A DNA stretch of 64,000 nt from Antedon mediterranea (lineage: Eukaryota > Animalia > Echinodermata). The notes under the pieces are model-generated. The model was not told the origin of the DNA. It searched no databases and saw only the letters and a list, made by a program, of their open reading frames with translations. The first letter of the stretch is position 1; every line of letters starts with the position of its first letter. A program made the translations under genes and the position numbers. Positions 38,201-51,486 of this stretch are shown here, in pieces. The stretch lies in the NCBI RefSeq assembly GCF_964355755.1, contig NC_092670.1, forward strand, positions 19,020,795 through 19,084,794. The letters are read 5' to 3'.

Positions 38201-41200
38201 ATTGGACATAATAAGAGATTCCTTCCTTTAGGTAAAGACTAAATATCCATATTACTCGCAACAACAATCATCATTTAAGTTTCAGACATTCAATGTACAC
38301 CTTGTGGTCTAGTTTAGTTGAGAATTGTTCAATGTATTAAATTAGATTTCAATAAGATTCAACACTGTAAAACCTGGATTTTTTAGTTTTTGCCTTGGAT
38401 TTTGGAGAACATTGGATTGTAAGTTTATTGTACATTAGTTTGTGTTTAAAAATATATATTTACGTGTTTACTTTTATTTTCTGTATATACTATAGTTAGT
38501 ACAGTTAGTGTTGGGGAAGATTAATTTTTTTTTTTATTCTAGACTCATTGGTTCAAATCACTTTGTAATACTAGAGCTACAAAAGTCCATTACTTTTGTA
38601 TTTTGAGTATGTTTTCTGAAATTTCTTTAAATGCCCTAAATATAAATAATAAAGAATCACACTAATAATTGCATCACCCATCAGAAATATATCAATCTAT
38701 TTTAATTTTGTTTTTAAGGTGCATTTTTGGATAAACTAGCAACCAAAGGAAAAATGGGGTTTAAAGTGTTCCTTGGGATCCTTGAGACAAGGTATCCTGA
38801 ACTCTATAAACAATTGTCTGGAAAAGAACCAGTTTCCCGAGGTAAGTTCTTAGCCATTAGTCTCCCATGAAACCACTGTGTTTAATTAAACCAAACCATG
38901 GTAGACTCAACCATTGTATTTTACCTAAAACTTGGTAGGCATACTTGAGCCCAAATCACAACTCTGTTAGAATAATAAGGAAATCATATAGATAAGTGTG
39001 ATTCAAATGGCTTCCGCAAAAAAAAAGTTGTCTTCCTTCTTTCTATTGTATGTACTTTGTAATCATACAATATGATTGGTATATATTCAATCCAGAAATC
39101 TTTGGTGGTGGCAGTAAATGTTACCGTAAATCTTCTAATTGTAACCATGGGTTATTATTCTTTGATTGTTTTTTAGGGTGGGTTACTAATAGAAGTGGGG
39201 TTACAATTTAGAGTAGGTTACTACTTTCCGGGCAGCAACTTATAGCAAAATAATAAAACCGTACGAATGAACAAATTTGGTTGAACTTTATAAACTCAAA
39301 AACACTCCATCCTCCCCCACTCCCGAGATCAACATGCATTATCTCCTTATTTTCAAAATACGGCCAGTTTTCATAATGAAAAGAAAAATATAAAATAAAC
39401 AAATTTCTCAGTCTTGTCACAGTTTTTACTAGATTCAAACTACAGCTTATGCTAACTGTATGCTTTTGTCGTTGTCATTTCAATCATGCCTATTTTAAGG
39501 AATAAATCAAATGTTGATTTTAGTGTCGTTTTGTTAATAGTGTTTGTGATTCTAATAGTAACCCCTATGGTTACTATTAAGTAACCCCTATGGTTACTAT
39601 TAGAGTAGTGGGTTATTATTATAGATTGATTTATAAGGTGGGTTACTATTAGAAGGTGGTTACTACTATTACAGTATTAGAGTGTGGGTTATTATTATAG
39701 ATTGACCCATCCGTTAACAGTAACCCCTATGGTTACTATTAAGTAACCCCTATGGTTACTATTAGAGTAGTGGGTTATTATTAGAGATTGATTTATAAGG
39801 TGGGTTACTATTAGAAGAGGGGTTACTATTAGAGTGTGGGTCATTACTATTAGAAGATTTACGGTAATTAACTAATCTGTAATGTAGATGTGTTCATTAC
39901 GTACTAGTTGCACACCTAAGATACTTAACGGAAAAGTTGTCAAAATTCCAAATGATAACCTGTACTGTACATTCTTATAAATCAGTTGATGTAACAGCTT
40001 CCAATTGCTTCTATTCTACTGCCCCTTATTTCATTAAATCTGAAATTTAGATGTTACAGAAGTAATTGGGAGTAACTTGATTTTGGTTTGTATGCGGGTG
40101 CAGATCACCCTAATAATATTAGGTTTCTTCTTTGTTGGTGTCATTTTATTTTTGTTTTTTATTTGTAAATTATTGGATATGAATCAATTTGTTTTTTGTA
40201 CCTGGTGATGCCAGACTCAAAACAAAACTGAAATACATAGATTAGTTGGTACAGTTTATAGAGAGGGAATTTAAATAATAGCTGTAAAACATTTCAGTCA
40301 ATTGTCATTCCATAGAAAAGTGGCAGATTGTGTTCTTCTAATTATCTTAATATTGAACATAACATCAACACAAACAGAACATGCCAACAGTTGTGTTCAC
40401 ATTTGAAGATCCCATGCACATGTTCCGCAGAAAATAAGGACATAGGTTTCCAAATGAGCAGTTTACTCTTCGTTTAAGTTCTGTCTACACTATCAAACAG
40501 TTTGATGTGCCCCAATATGGTAGTGATATGCCCAAATAGGGTAAAGATATGACATCATCATGTCCATATATGGGCACATAAAATGTTTTTGTCACATAAA
40601 GTGTGATAGTGTAGACAGAGCTTTATTCAAAAACCTGTTTACATTGGCCAAATGGAAAGCTTCAGTTATTGACACCTTTGCCATAATTTAACGGTAAATT
40701 TCATCTCTTTTTCAATGTCAACAGTTGTAGCAGTCCGTTCCATCCCCACTTAAAAATGTTCAGTTTAATAAATGTTCTTTACAAATAACTGACAGTTTCC
40801 TTTTAAAAATGATAGTAACAAAGTGTTGCTATTTTTGGCTACACTCAATACAAAATATTTAATAATTCGTATGCAGAATTACAGGTTGTATTTGTGCTTT
40901 TGATTACTAAACCTGATTGTTTGCAAAGTAATGTACTTTTGTGTATGAAATGTATTAGAAGCTAAATAAGTTATTATGGCCTCATTTGTTAACATCCTTG
41001 GTTATTGGAACTGTGTGGGCTGCAGCCATTTCGATTTCCTTTTCCTTATTATGGTACCAGATAAAGCTTTTAAATGCTAGGAATTAGTTTTTTAAAGATC
41101 ATACAGTGTATTGTCCTTTCAAAATGAGTCTTTTGTGAAAAGGATAATCTTGATCTGTATATTTAATAGAAGGCTTTCTTTTTGTTGAAATAAAGTTTGC

Positions 41201-44200
41201 GGTAGTAGTACACCACAGTATAGTTCTGAAAAGGACTGTTGGGGTTCTTAAATCAGTTCAACTTTATTCTCACCCACTCAAATGTATAAAAAAAAAACTT
41301 TAAGCAAAGGAATCTAATCCATTTCTATTTACTTGGCAATGATACTTCATTTTAAAAACTGTAATACAATTTTATATATATTTTTATGTTTATGTTAATG
41401 ACATTTAACCAGTTATTTGCTCATAGCAGAAATGAGCGAACCCTGCTATATTCCTTGTTGCTTTATCAGTATTTGTAGAATTTCACCTAGAAATTCCATA
41501 TCATTGCGTCAATTGTTTACATTATGAGTTTGCAGATTTGTTTAGAACATGAAGATATCTCGAAGGTTCCAGAAAATCTTTTATAAACCTTCAAATCCAG
41601 GGTTGCCTTAGGGTTTTAATTTAATGATCTCCACTGTAGCTTATTTCTTTTTAATTGTATTCGTTTGGTTGGCTGATTTCCAAAAGATGGAGGAAATATG
41701 GTAACAAAATATGAAACGGATAACAATTTCGGGAATTTTTATAAACATCTGATTTTTGTAAAAATATGAATATATATTTAGTTCAGGTCACATTGATTTT
41801 AGGTTGCACTATAAAGATGCTAATATTACATATATTAAGATATGATGGTATTCTTTGTAAAAGTGTTTTATTTTGTGTAAAAGCCCATATAAAATTATTC
41901 ATCATGAATATGTATTTTTTTTTAAATATCAAATGTTAGTGTCACTGTCACTATAAATGAAAAAAAAATTAATAGTTAAATAATATTTGTTTCTTTCTAG
42001 GACCTGAGGGGAAGCCATTAGTGGGAGAAACATGTAGACAACATCAGGATTTAATAAAGAATTTAGCGTTTGAAAGCGCAAAGATGGCAAGCAAAGTTGA
42101 AAGCTATAAAAATGAGAATGAGAACTTAATACGCAAGGTCAACGAACTTCAGCGATATAACGACATCCTGAAGATGAAACATAATAAGAACATGATCAAA
42201 TTACAGCGTTTTGATGAGTTGCAACAAGCAATAGCTATGGTTGGTGCAATACAAATTGTCAGTTAAAAAGATATGAAAATAATTGTTTAACATTTTTGTT
42301 GAATATTGTTGACATTAATCACAGTTATTCAATATGACCAAATATTGGATTGGAAAAAAATTTTCTCCCTGACTAATTTATCACAAAAAATAGTCAAATT
42401 AACTAGAAGTTAATTCGTTTATTTTGTCTTTTTATAAGTGAAAACATAATTTTTTTTCTACAGAAGTGATTAAAACTGCAATATGGCCTATTAAAAGTCT
42501 TTTTCTACGAATCTTCATTTTTTATGTCTTTGGGGGACATTGGCAACCAGTCGAAAAGCGCATAATTTTTAAAATACTACTCTTAACCTATAAAGCTCTC
42601 TCGTTCAAATCCCCTTCATATCTCTCTGACCTTCTTCCTCTTCACATACCTTCCCGTCGCCTTCGCTTGTCTTCAAAAAATCTCCTTTCCATTCCGACTT
42701 TTACGCCCGTATTCTTAAACCGGACTTTAGTCGTAGTTCGAAGTTCGACTTGGAAAAGTCGTAGTTCGAGCTATTACTTCAAATTCGATTCAAAAACGAA
42801 GTAGTCGAAGTTTGCAGTTCGACTTAATGAAGTCGAGCTTTTAGTCGAGTTTCACACGTCTGGGTACTAAAGGCTATACATTGGCCAATGACAAGAGAGT
42901 ATTTGTGGAGCAGACGAAATTTTGCGCATTGATATCACTTTCCATTTTCTTACAAAACTTTTTACGCATCAGGACTATACACAAGAAAAATAATTTTAAT
43001 CGTTAATTATTAGAACAAGATCAGTATTAATTTAACAGTGAAGTACTTTTGGTTAACAACAAACAAAATCTACAAAATATATTTAGGAACCATGGCGGTA
43101 CGGTAACTTTTATATTTTCTAGGCCCCCAACAAAGTATGATCGTGACGAACCACGCACTTCATAGCGTGACAAGAAAGCGCTAGGCCCCCTAAACCTTCC
43201 ATCGCGTGGTGAATTGCCGCATCTCCCATTGTCGCTATGGCGTGACGTAGCTCAAGTCGGACTTGCGCGAAGAAAATAATGTAATTTGTATACAGTTGTA
43301 AATAAAGATGATTTTCATTATTATAATTTATACCAATGTATATTTAATTAAGCTAATATAAATATAGATATTTCATTCTTCAATATCTGGCCAATATAAC
43401 AACTCAATGGCTGTTACGTTTTTTATAAACATCGTTTAAAAACCATTTAGTCGACCATTTAGTCTGCCCCCTCCAGGACTAAAAAAATCGATCAAAATCC
43501 GTCTCGATTTAGTCGAGGTTGGCCTGATTTAGTCGGTGATTTAGTTGAAGTTCGGTTTATGAATTAAAATGACGTCATTTTTTTAGTTTTAGCTCGAACT
43601 ACGACTAAAGTCCGGTTTAAGAATACGGGCGTTAGCACTAAAACATATGGCTTAAGCACCTTCACTTCTGCTGCCTCTCGCTTATGGAATGACCTACCCG
43701 CCTCTATCAGATCATGTTCGTCTACTATCGCCTTTAAATCTGCCTTGAAAACTCATCTTTTTCTTCAGATTGAGCTCTCTCATACGCCTTTGATCACTTA
43801 CTGCTGGAATTGGCACGTTATAAATTTATACGACTGTATTATTATTATTATTATTATTACATCTTGATGTCCAGTGAATATTTACTACTGCCATCTGGTA
43901 TATAACACAAAATTGTGAGCATTTTAGGGTTTTCTGCTTTATTTTAATCCTAATAATTCTCATTTTCATTCTATTGTGTTATTATTTTTATTCACTTTTT
44001 TCTGATTCATTTAATAGAGTCAACATGAATTGAATGACTTAACGACACAGCAAAGAAACATTCTGGCAAAATCTCTCCAATTGCAACAAGAAAAAGAAGC
44101 CATACAGCGCCGTCTAAGAAGTGTAAGATAAAACACATTTTCTGCAAGGACCAACAATTAGGATTGCCCGTAGACAAGACAATTATAAACCGCAACTATG

Positions 44201-47200
44201 TTTTTTATTAATTATTATTTGATGTATTTTTATTATGTGTGGAAAATATTTATTGAATATTGAATAAACGAATTGAATTGAATATAGTTTAGTATATTTT
44301 AGTAAGGAATTTATTTATGTGATGACAAAATGTATTAAGCAAATTGACTTTTAATTTGTTTTAGAGCAATGTGGAGATCACAGATTTGAAACGTCAACTT
44401 GAAGGGTATAAAGAACACCAGAAAATCCAAAAGGAAATTATCAAGTCATCAAGGAACTCGAAAGTGTTAACACGTAGCCCATCCATCGACTTAACACGGT
44501 CAATGGAAATGGAGATTGAGAGACTACGTCGGGAACTGGCAGCGTACACAGATTCCAAGGTAAAACTATCAAACTTTATGTGACAACAAAATGTGATGTG
44601 CCCATATATGGACATGTTGATGTCATATCACTACCATATTTGGGCATATTACTACTATATTTGGGCACATCACACTTTTTTTGTCAAAATAGTTTGATAG
44701 TGTAGACAGAGCTTTAAGAAAACAATTTTGTATGTTTAATAATGGTTTATTTAATAAACTCTGAATGTATCATATATTATTGTGCTTTTAATTTTGACAG
44801 GGTGTTGATGTAGAGGTTGCAATTTTACGAGACGACCTACGAGACAAAACTGCAGAATGTGAACATCTTGCAGAAGAATGGCAACACACACAGAAAGAGT
44901 TAAACACTGCAGAAGAAGAAAGAATAACGGTAAGTAAGCTGCACTCTCCCTCCTCAACAAACAAACAATAGTAATTTTAAAACCGAAATCCCCCTTTAAA
45001 GTGATTGAATAGCAAACAATCAACTTTTAGAATTCTTTTTACCTCATTTAACTTATCATTATAGCATCCTGATCTATATATATATATATATTTAAATATT
45101 TTTATTTAAAAAAAATTTGTATATTTAAGATATGTATTTTACATATTATTTACAGGCAATGAGTGACCTGGAAGATGTTCGATTCACTTGTCAAAATTTT
45201 GAACGAGAAGCAATACGATACAAACAACTTCATGAACTAAATATTAAACATTCCGACAGAACAGAAGAAGACTTAAAGAAGGTAATATATTTTATCCTAC
45301 TAACAATCAATAAATATGTTAATGTGGTAGTTTTAATACATTTTATTAAATGGTGATGTGATGTTTGTATGAATGGACATTTCAGACAAGTACATAATAG
45401 CAAAATAGAATACTTCTATTATTCCATCATTAACATTAATGAAATATGAAACTAGATTTAATTCGTCACCATGACGAATTATAGGTTATATGCATTGATT
45501 TAAATAAAGATATATTGATTTTTAAAAGATATATTGTTTGATTGATTTTGTCAGAATCTTTAATTATTTATAATGTATAATGGCCATAAGAAATTTATGT
45601 AACTAGATGAAATTGATCTGATAATTGATGAATAAAATAGTGCTAAGGAAAGAATAAATAAATAAAGAAAATATATGCATGATAATGCATATAACCTAAA
45701 TAATTACAGTTTTTCATTCACTCATCACTGTTTTGCTCAAACACAAATATAGAACGTTTCTTATTATCATTAGGTATGCTTTATAGATTCTGTTTTTCTT
45801 GTAGGTGAGAGAAGATCGAAACTCATTGGAAACACACATCGATTCACTTTTGCGAGAACAGAGGGATTTGTTGTACAAAGTGCAAGAACTTCACAACAAG
45901 AATATGACCCTTGTACATGAAAAAAGTGTTTTAACAAAAGCTATAAATTGTGGCACGGCAAAAAGAAAAAAGGTAAATTATAATATATAGTTAATTCTTA
46001 CAAAATAAGCGTAATGTTCAAATGTTCAAAAAAAGTTTCACAATTGAGTAAAAATGCAAATTTTAATACAATAAATTTTTACAAAACTGGACACCCATAA
46101 AAGAATGAGACTACATGAAAATGTTTATGCTTTTTAATACGGGAAATTTGTTTAAGTTTGTGATGTCTGAATTCCAGTTTTAAGACAATATGTTCTTTAT
46201 ATAGGCTTACATACAAATTTGTTATTCAACCATGTCCATAAATTTTATATCTTTTTCTATGTTATTTATCTTGTAGGGTGTAAGTCCAGATCTTGGTTAT
46301 GCAGGTGGCTCGGTAAATATTTTGCTTATTACTAAATTGATAACTAAATAGAAAAGGCAATTTGACAACTTTATTACTTGTCCTAATCCTATTTAGTTAA
46401 ATCCTAAATTCCTGAATCTTGTAGTCAAAAACATCTGTGCTACTGTTTGACCGGTGCTTCAGTACTATACTCGTATACCTCTTTTGACTTACATCCCCTT
46501 CCCATAGAGATATTATAGTTCACTACAATATCTCTATGCTCTCCCTCAGGTTATGTACTATATATAAATAGCTATAATATTTTTTTCAGCAGTCAGGATC
46601 TTCAAAAGGAGGATCACCTCGTAATTCCATGGATGACAAGTCAACAGCCGAATCCACAGGAACCGTCTGCTCCAATCCAAAACTGCATCTCAACATTGGA
46701 CATACTGCTACAGACAGTGAACCGAGTTCATTCCGTAAGCGTTCTGATGCCATAGGCGCCTGCTCCCCAATTGCACGCTCACCTTTACGTTCCGGAAATA
46801 TTTACGCCACATTACAGCGGAAAACCATATGTAGTGATATTGATGAATCGGTCTCTATGCCGGACTCTTCATGTAGTAGTATTGAGTCCTTAAGTGACAA
46901 AGACTCAGACGTACCTTCAACTGTACCAGCTCGCCGTCCTCACATCCGTTCTAATCGAGGAGCAGACAACCTGTCAATGGATGTTAACCCAGGCTCAACT
47001 AGAAATAGATTCACGTTGACATGGTAAGATTTTTATACCTGAATGATGCTTTCCTCCACACTTCCCCTTTCTCACTGCTCTCTCCCCTTTCTCTGCTCTT
47101 CCCCCCTTTCTCTTTTTTTCTGAATGATGTTTGTGAAGGTAATGTAGCTTTGACTAAGTTTGTGTCTCTTCTTTTCCTCCACACTTCCCCCTTTCTCCGG

Positions 47201-48226
47201 TCTCTACTTTCTCCACACTTTCTCCCTTTTTCACCTCTCACTCCGCTTTCTTTGCTCTCTCCCCTTTCTCGCTGCTCTCTCCCCTTTCTCGCTGCTCTCT
47301 CCCCTTTCTCTGCTCTTTCCCCCTTTCTCTTTTTTTTCTGAATGATGCTTGTGAAGGTAATGTAGCTTTCAATAAGTTTGTATCTCTTCTTTTCCTCCAC
47401 ACTTCCCCCTTTCTCTGGTCTCTACTTTTTCCACTCTTTCTCCCCTTTTCACCTCTCACTCCGCTTTCTCTGCTCTTTCCCCCTTTCTCATCGCCCTCTC
47501 CCCTTTCTCTGCTCTTTCCCCCTTTCTCTTTTTTCTGAATGATGCTTGTGAGGGTAATGTAGCTTTCACTAAGTTTGTGTCTCTTCCTTTCCGCCACACT
47601 TCCCCCTTTCTTCAGTCTCTCCTTTATCCACTCTCTCTCCCTTTTTCACTGCTCTCTCTCCCCTCTCCACTAGTCTCTCTCCCTTTCTCATCATCTTTTA
47701 TGTTGCCTAAATAAACTTTAGCAGATAACATAACAGATAAATTAAGTAAGTCTACATTTTAATATTCTTATTCTTAGCTTTGGTGGAAAATCTTTTGATA
47801 TCAGAGAAGAGAACAAGAAAGAAATTATTGATGAAGATGAAGAGGAAGATCCATATGGTTAGTATATAATATTTATTGAGTAATAGTACACCCCCTCCAC
47901 TTTGTTACATATTGTGAAACAACACCACATTTCTGAGGAGGAGAATACTAAACAATAATAATTCACTGACATAACAATTTATTTGACAGTGGCAACTCGC
48001 AAGATTGCAAATCAATGTCAGTACTTATATTACTATAACCTAAATTAAAATTTACGTTAAATTAGCATGTTCGTCAATATTTGTATATACTGTATAATTT
48101 TAAAAACTTGATTTTCTAGATTATCCTGAGGTATATAAAAGGCGTTCTATGTCTCTCACCGACCTTAACCTCTTATCATCCGCCAACTACGATTTTGTTG
48201 ACATCTCAAAACCGAAAAACAAATAA
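32271..48226 (+). CDS. CARD9: CARD9/CARMA (CARD11-type) CARD-coiled-coil adaptor without PDZ-SH3-GUK, ~662 aa
   Basis: Exons 32271-32316 (tentative; alternative ATG 33565), 33557-33757, 38719-38841, 42001-42239 (or -42257), 44018-44122, 44365-44559, 44801-44929, 45156-45281, 45805-45972, 46277-46312, 46590-47023, 47778-47857, 48120-48226; 1989 nt, open. The CARD reads LLEDNRESLVKDINVSDFFFTLRSESIFDMNDEQ...[40 protein letters not shown], matching the CARD9/CARD11 signature G.LLDIL.TKG..GY..FLESLE..YPELYK.VTGKEP. A long coiled coil and a Ser-rich linker follow. The symbol indicates family, not proven orthology. Confidence 0.88.
35938..36598. mobile_element. Tc1/mariner (pogo/Tigger-like) MITE, TA TSD
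   Basis: ta|ccgtactgacgcgggtataagccca ... tgggcttatacccgcgtcagtacgg|ta; internal gggcttatacccg repeats. Confidence 0.9.
39124..39864. mobile_element. Tc1/mariner (pogo-like) MITE, TA TSD, with gggttactattag subterminal repeats and an internal duplication
   Basis: ta|ccgtaaatcttctaattgta ... actattagaagatttacgg|ta; ~39557-39713 is repeated at ~39720-39850. Confidence 0.8.
40477..40622. mobile_element. Harbinger/Tourist-like MITE (same family as 20363), TTA TSD
   Basis: tta|agttctgtctacactatcaaac ... gtgtgatagtgtagacagagct|tta. Confidence 0.85.
42538..43858 (+). mobile_element. 5'-truncated L2/CR1-group LINE (ORF2 C-terminus and (ATT)n tail), interrupted by a MITE
   Basis: HWQPVEKRIIFKILLLTYKAL...PSYLSDLL...RRLR..SKNLLSIPTF joins in frame, after removing 42704-43634, to STKTYG..TF..AASRLWNDLPASIRSCSSTIAFKSALKTHLF. 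This is the typical L2/Crack/Daphne ORF2 end. The element finishes with tattattatt. Confidence 0.85.
42704..43631. mobile_element. Harbinger-like MITE with perfect ~38-bp TIR, TTA TSD, inserted in the LINE
   Basis: tta|cgcccgtattcttaaaccggactttagtcgtagttcga ... tcgaactacgactaaagtccggtttaagaatacgggcg|tta. Confidence 0.9.
44565..44713. mobile_element. Harbinger/Tourist-like MITE, left end truncated next to a splice donor
   Basis: actatcaaactttatgtgac...gtttgatagtgtagacagagct|tta begins about 5 nt after the donor at 44560. Confidence 0.75.
47038..47690. repeat. Pyrimidine-rich complex tandem repeat (~200-bp unit, about 3 copies) in CARD-CC intron
   Basis: tgaatgatgcttgtgaaggtaatgtagcttt...cttccccctttct recurs at ~47121, ~47339 and ~47536. 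Confidence 0.85.
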
Positions 48227-49002
48227 AAAATGCATCTCTACAGGCAGAAATTTGTAAATGAAATGCACTATCAATTCTGGGTTTGAGGGTAATGATGAAT
48301 TATAAATAATAATATAGCTTGACATGTAACGAAAATAAAACAAACAAAAAATGCATTTGAAAACAAATGAACGAAGTGTACAACACCCTAAAAATATTGT
48401 TTATGAGTGACTATATAGTACATGTTGCCAAATTTAGGATAATTAACGTGAATACAAATTCTGAATGAAGAATGCAAGGTATCTGACTGGCATATAAAAA
48501 GCCATTATATATGATCTGGATCCGTAAATAAGATACTGTTATTTCCTCATTCTGATCCTATGTGCATGAATGCACATGTTATTATATAAAGACTTGGTAC
48601 CATTTTCAAAAAGAGCAGGGGTCATCCTCTTGTATGGAGATGATCATCTGGTGTGACGCTAATCATCTGGGGTGGAGATTATGACGAGCACTGGACTATG
48701 GCTGAATGGGTCATTTAAAACCGAAAGCTCTCTCTAGTTTGATAGTATAGACAGAGCTTAATACAAATTCCATGGCTGAGGACCATTGTATACATTTTAC
48801 ATTTTTATTGGTGAATTTTAGATAATCTTAATATACACATTTGCCTCCCTTGCCACCTGCCTTCCTGATTTTGCATGGATGTGTGTTTATCATTTTTATT
48901 TAAGTTTTTAAAAAGTAGTGTAAAACAGTCAAAATAAAACATTTTACGACTAATGTATACTGTAGTTTAAGTGGGTAATGTAGATCATAATGACATACAT
49001 AA

Positions 49003-49138
49003 AGCTCTGTCTACACTATCAAACTTTATGTGACAAAGAAATGTGATGTGCCCATTATTGTCATGAGGATGTCACACCACTACCATATTTAGGCAAGTAA
49101 CACTTGTTTTGTCAAACTAGTTTGATAGTGTAGACAGT
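49003..49138. mobile_element. Harbinger/Tourist-like MITE (same family as 20363)
   Basis: taa|agctctgtctacactatcaaac ... gtttgatagtgtagacag. A ~40-bp flank (tagtttaagtg..taatgtaga.cat.atgacat.cataa) is repeated on both sides. Confidence 0.8.
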
Positions 49139-50811
49139 TACAGTAGTTTAAGTGATTAATGTAGACCATTATGACATGCATAACACATGTTGTGTTTAGT
49201 TTAAATTTGAAGACTTTTGCATTCCTCAGTTTTTAAAAAGCTTGTTGCTTGTTATATCTTTCAGCATTATTATTAATAAGCTGTAGTGTTTCTATTATTA
49301 TATATGTATCATATATGTATATATTTTAAGGGAAGTTTAAATTCAAATGGTACAGGCTAGTAATTAGAGTGTTAGTGTGGAAAGGTGCGAAAGTTCTTTA
49401 CAAACAATTAGAAGGTTTTATTGCATTAAAAGTTTACTGGTCATTTTGTGTAGGTTTTCTTCTTTCATTCCCAAAACCTAAAAAGCTTATAATACAGTAA
49501 TATATAATTTTATAATTAATGATAAATCATGTTAAATAATATTGTACATTAAGTTTATTAAATTAAAAAGTTTAACCAATTTCATGTTCGCCATGTTGTG
49601 TTCATGACAATAAAGATTTATCTTATCTTATCTTAAACTGTTGCCTTTAGATACACAGGGCCTACATAAGCTAAACAACTTTTATAGGAAATATTAATGT
49701 AAATAACTAATATAATTTACAGCTAGTATAAATCCTTAGATGCTGAAGGTAATTTATTGTATGTACAAAGGCAGGATCCTGGTTATCAGATTCATTAAAA
49801 AAAATGACTTTGTGAAAGTAAGAATCGAGTACTGTATAATTAAAATGTATCTGAAATTGTTGGCCTATACTTTATAAAGAGATTAACATAATATAGCTAC
49901 AGTGATAAATATAACACTATGTAATGACTACATGGACATCTGTATTCCTGCAGATGAATCATCCTAAATACCCTACCTTGTGTGATTACAACTGTCCTAA
50001 TTTTGATGTTATTGTCTTGATTTTAGGTCACATCATGTCCTGCCCAAAAACCCTGAATGTTCCACTTTTTAAAGATTTTAATGATAAAAAGCTTTAACTG
50101 TAAAAAAATGTAATTTCCAGAATTTCACTGGGGTGTTTCTGTGATGAAAAAAAAGAAATTTTTATACATTGTATTTTATTTTATTATAAAGTGCATCATA
50201 TTGAAATATATTTTTACAGTATAATTTTTATCAATAAATATATCGAATTAGTATTGTTTTGTGTGATCTTTATTGGTGCATGTGCAAATACAATAGCGGT
50301 ATACTATCAGCAATTCCCAATTGGATCTTTTTGGTGACATTGTGTTGTCAATTCTATGCACAAGGACCCAAACAAATTTGTCTGAAATTACAGTTTTCAA
50401 GGAATAAAAACATAATATAGCTGTCATAACATAAACACAAACAGAGAATAAAGGAAGCACACAATTAAGAAATAAATAATTAGTACTGTAGTATGAACTA
50501 CTTTGGTGATGTAGTAATTTTGGCGGATTTTGCCTTCCATACTCTTGAAATGTCGGGATTTTCCAGAAAGAGAACACCGCGAACAATTTTGTTTCGACAC
50601 AGGCTATTGTCTGTTAATATTTTATCCGTTTTATTGATCATTAAAGCATACAGATGATAAGCTTGAGCAGATAATATGTAAGTAGTATTCACTGAATCGA
50701 AAGAAATAGCTTACAGTAAGAATAGATTAGACCATATTATATTAACTAAACTAGGCCTATAACCAGCCAGCCAAGCTAGAGCCTAGGCTAGCAAGTGACG
50801 GTCTTGACAAT

Positions 50812-51206
50812 TGAGTGACAGACGATCGGCTTTTTTTAAGACTATCGGGTACAAACCCGTGCTGACCTTCTGGCCGCGCCCAACTCTGTGGACGTTCGGG
50901 CTCAACGCCTAAGACAATCGGGTCAATATAATTAGACGATCGGGCCCACTATAAAAATAAAGGAAAGAAGATTGGGTACACCAAAACGAATGAATTTATT
51001 TATTTATAATTGTTCACCATAAAATAAATTAAGGGTGTTCTTTCCACGAGTTTGTGATACAATAGGCTATGTACATTCCGATACTCATTTATTCCAACTT
51101 TGTGGACGTTCGGACCCAACGATGATCGGGCCAAACGTATAAGACGATCGGGCACATAAAAAAATGGGCCCGATCGTCTCTATGATGGCCACGATCGTCT
51201 GTTCAC
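50812..51206. mobile_element. Probable MITE upstream of STING-A, with (a)gacgatcggg subterminal repeats
   Basis: gtgacagacgatcg ... cgatcgtctgttcac inverted ends; repeated gacgatcgggc and tgtggacgttcgg motifs. Confidence 0.55.
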
Positions 51207-51486
51207 CACTGTCTCTACTCTTTCTACCTAGCCTACCTCCGCACACTAGCTGGTTTACCTCCCATATGTGGTGGTGGAAAATTGAGAGATAGCACATTGC
51301 TGGCTCTAAGGTTTTGGCAAAAATATTAATAGGCGTCCATTTTACCGCCCATATACTTGACATTGTAGACATACACAGTATTAAAGATCACTCATATTTC
51401 AAATAGGTGTCGCTACAAGTAATTGTCCTGACGATATTTTACTTGTTGTTTCAGATATAATCGAATAGAGATCAAAGAATTGCGAA

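Noticed and set aside
42466-42804. Host gene or active reverse transcriptase
   Set aside because: Only the extreme C-terminus of a truncated LINE ORF2, interrupted by a MITE; no RT catalytic motifs.
47011-47597. Four overlapping ORFs (R/E/G-rich or S/L/P/F-rich)
   Set aside because: Artefacts of an intronic pyrimidine-rich tandem repeat.
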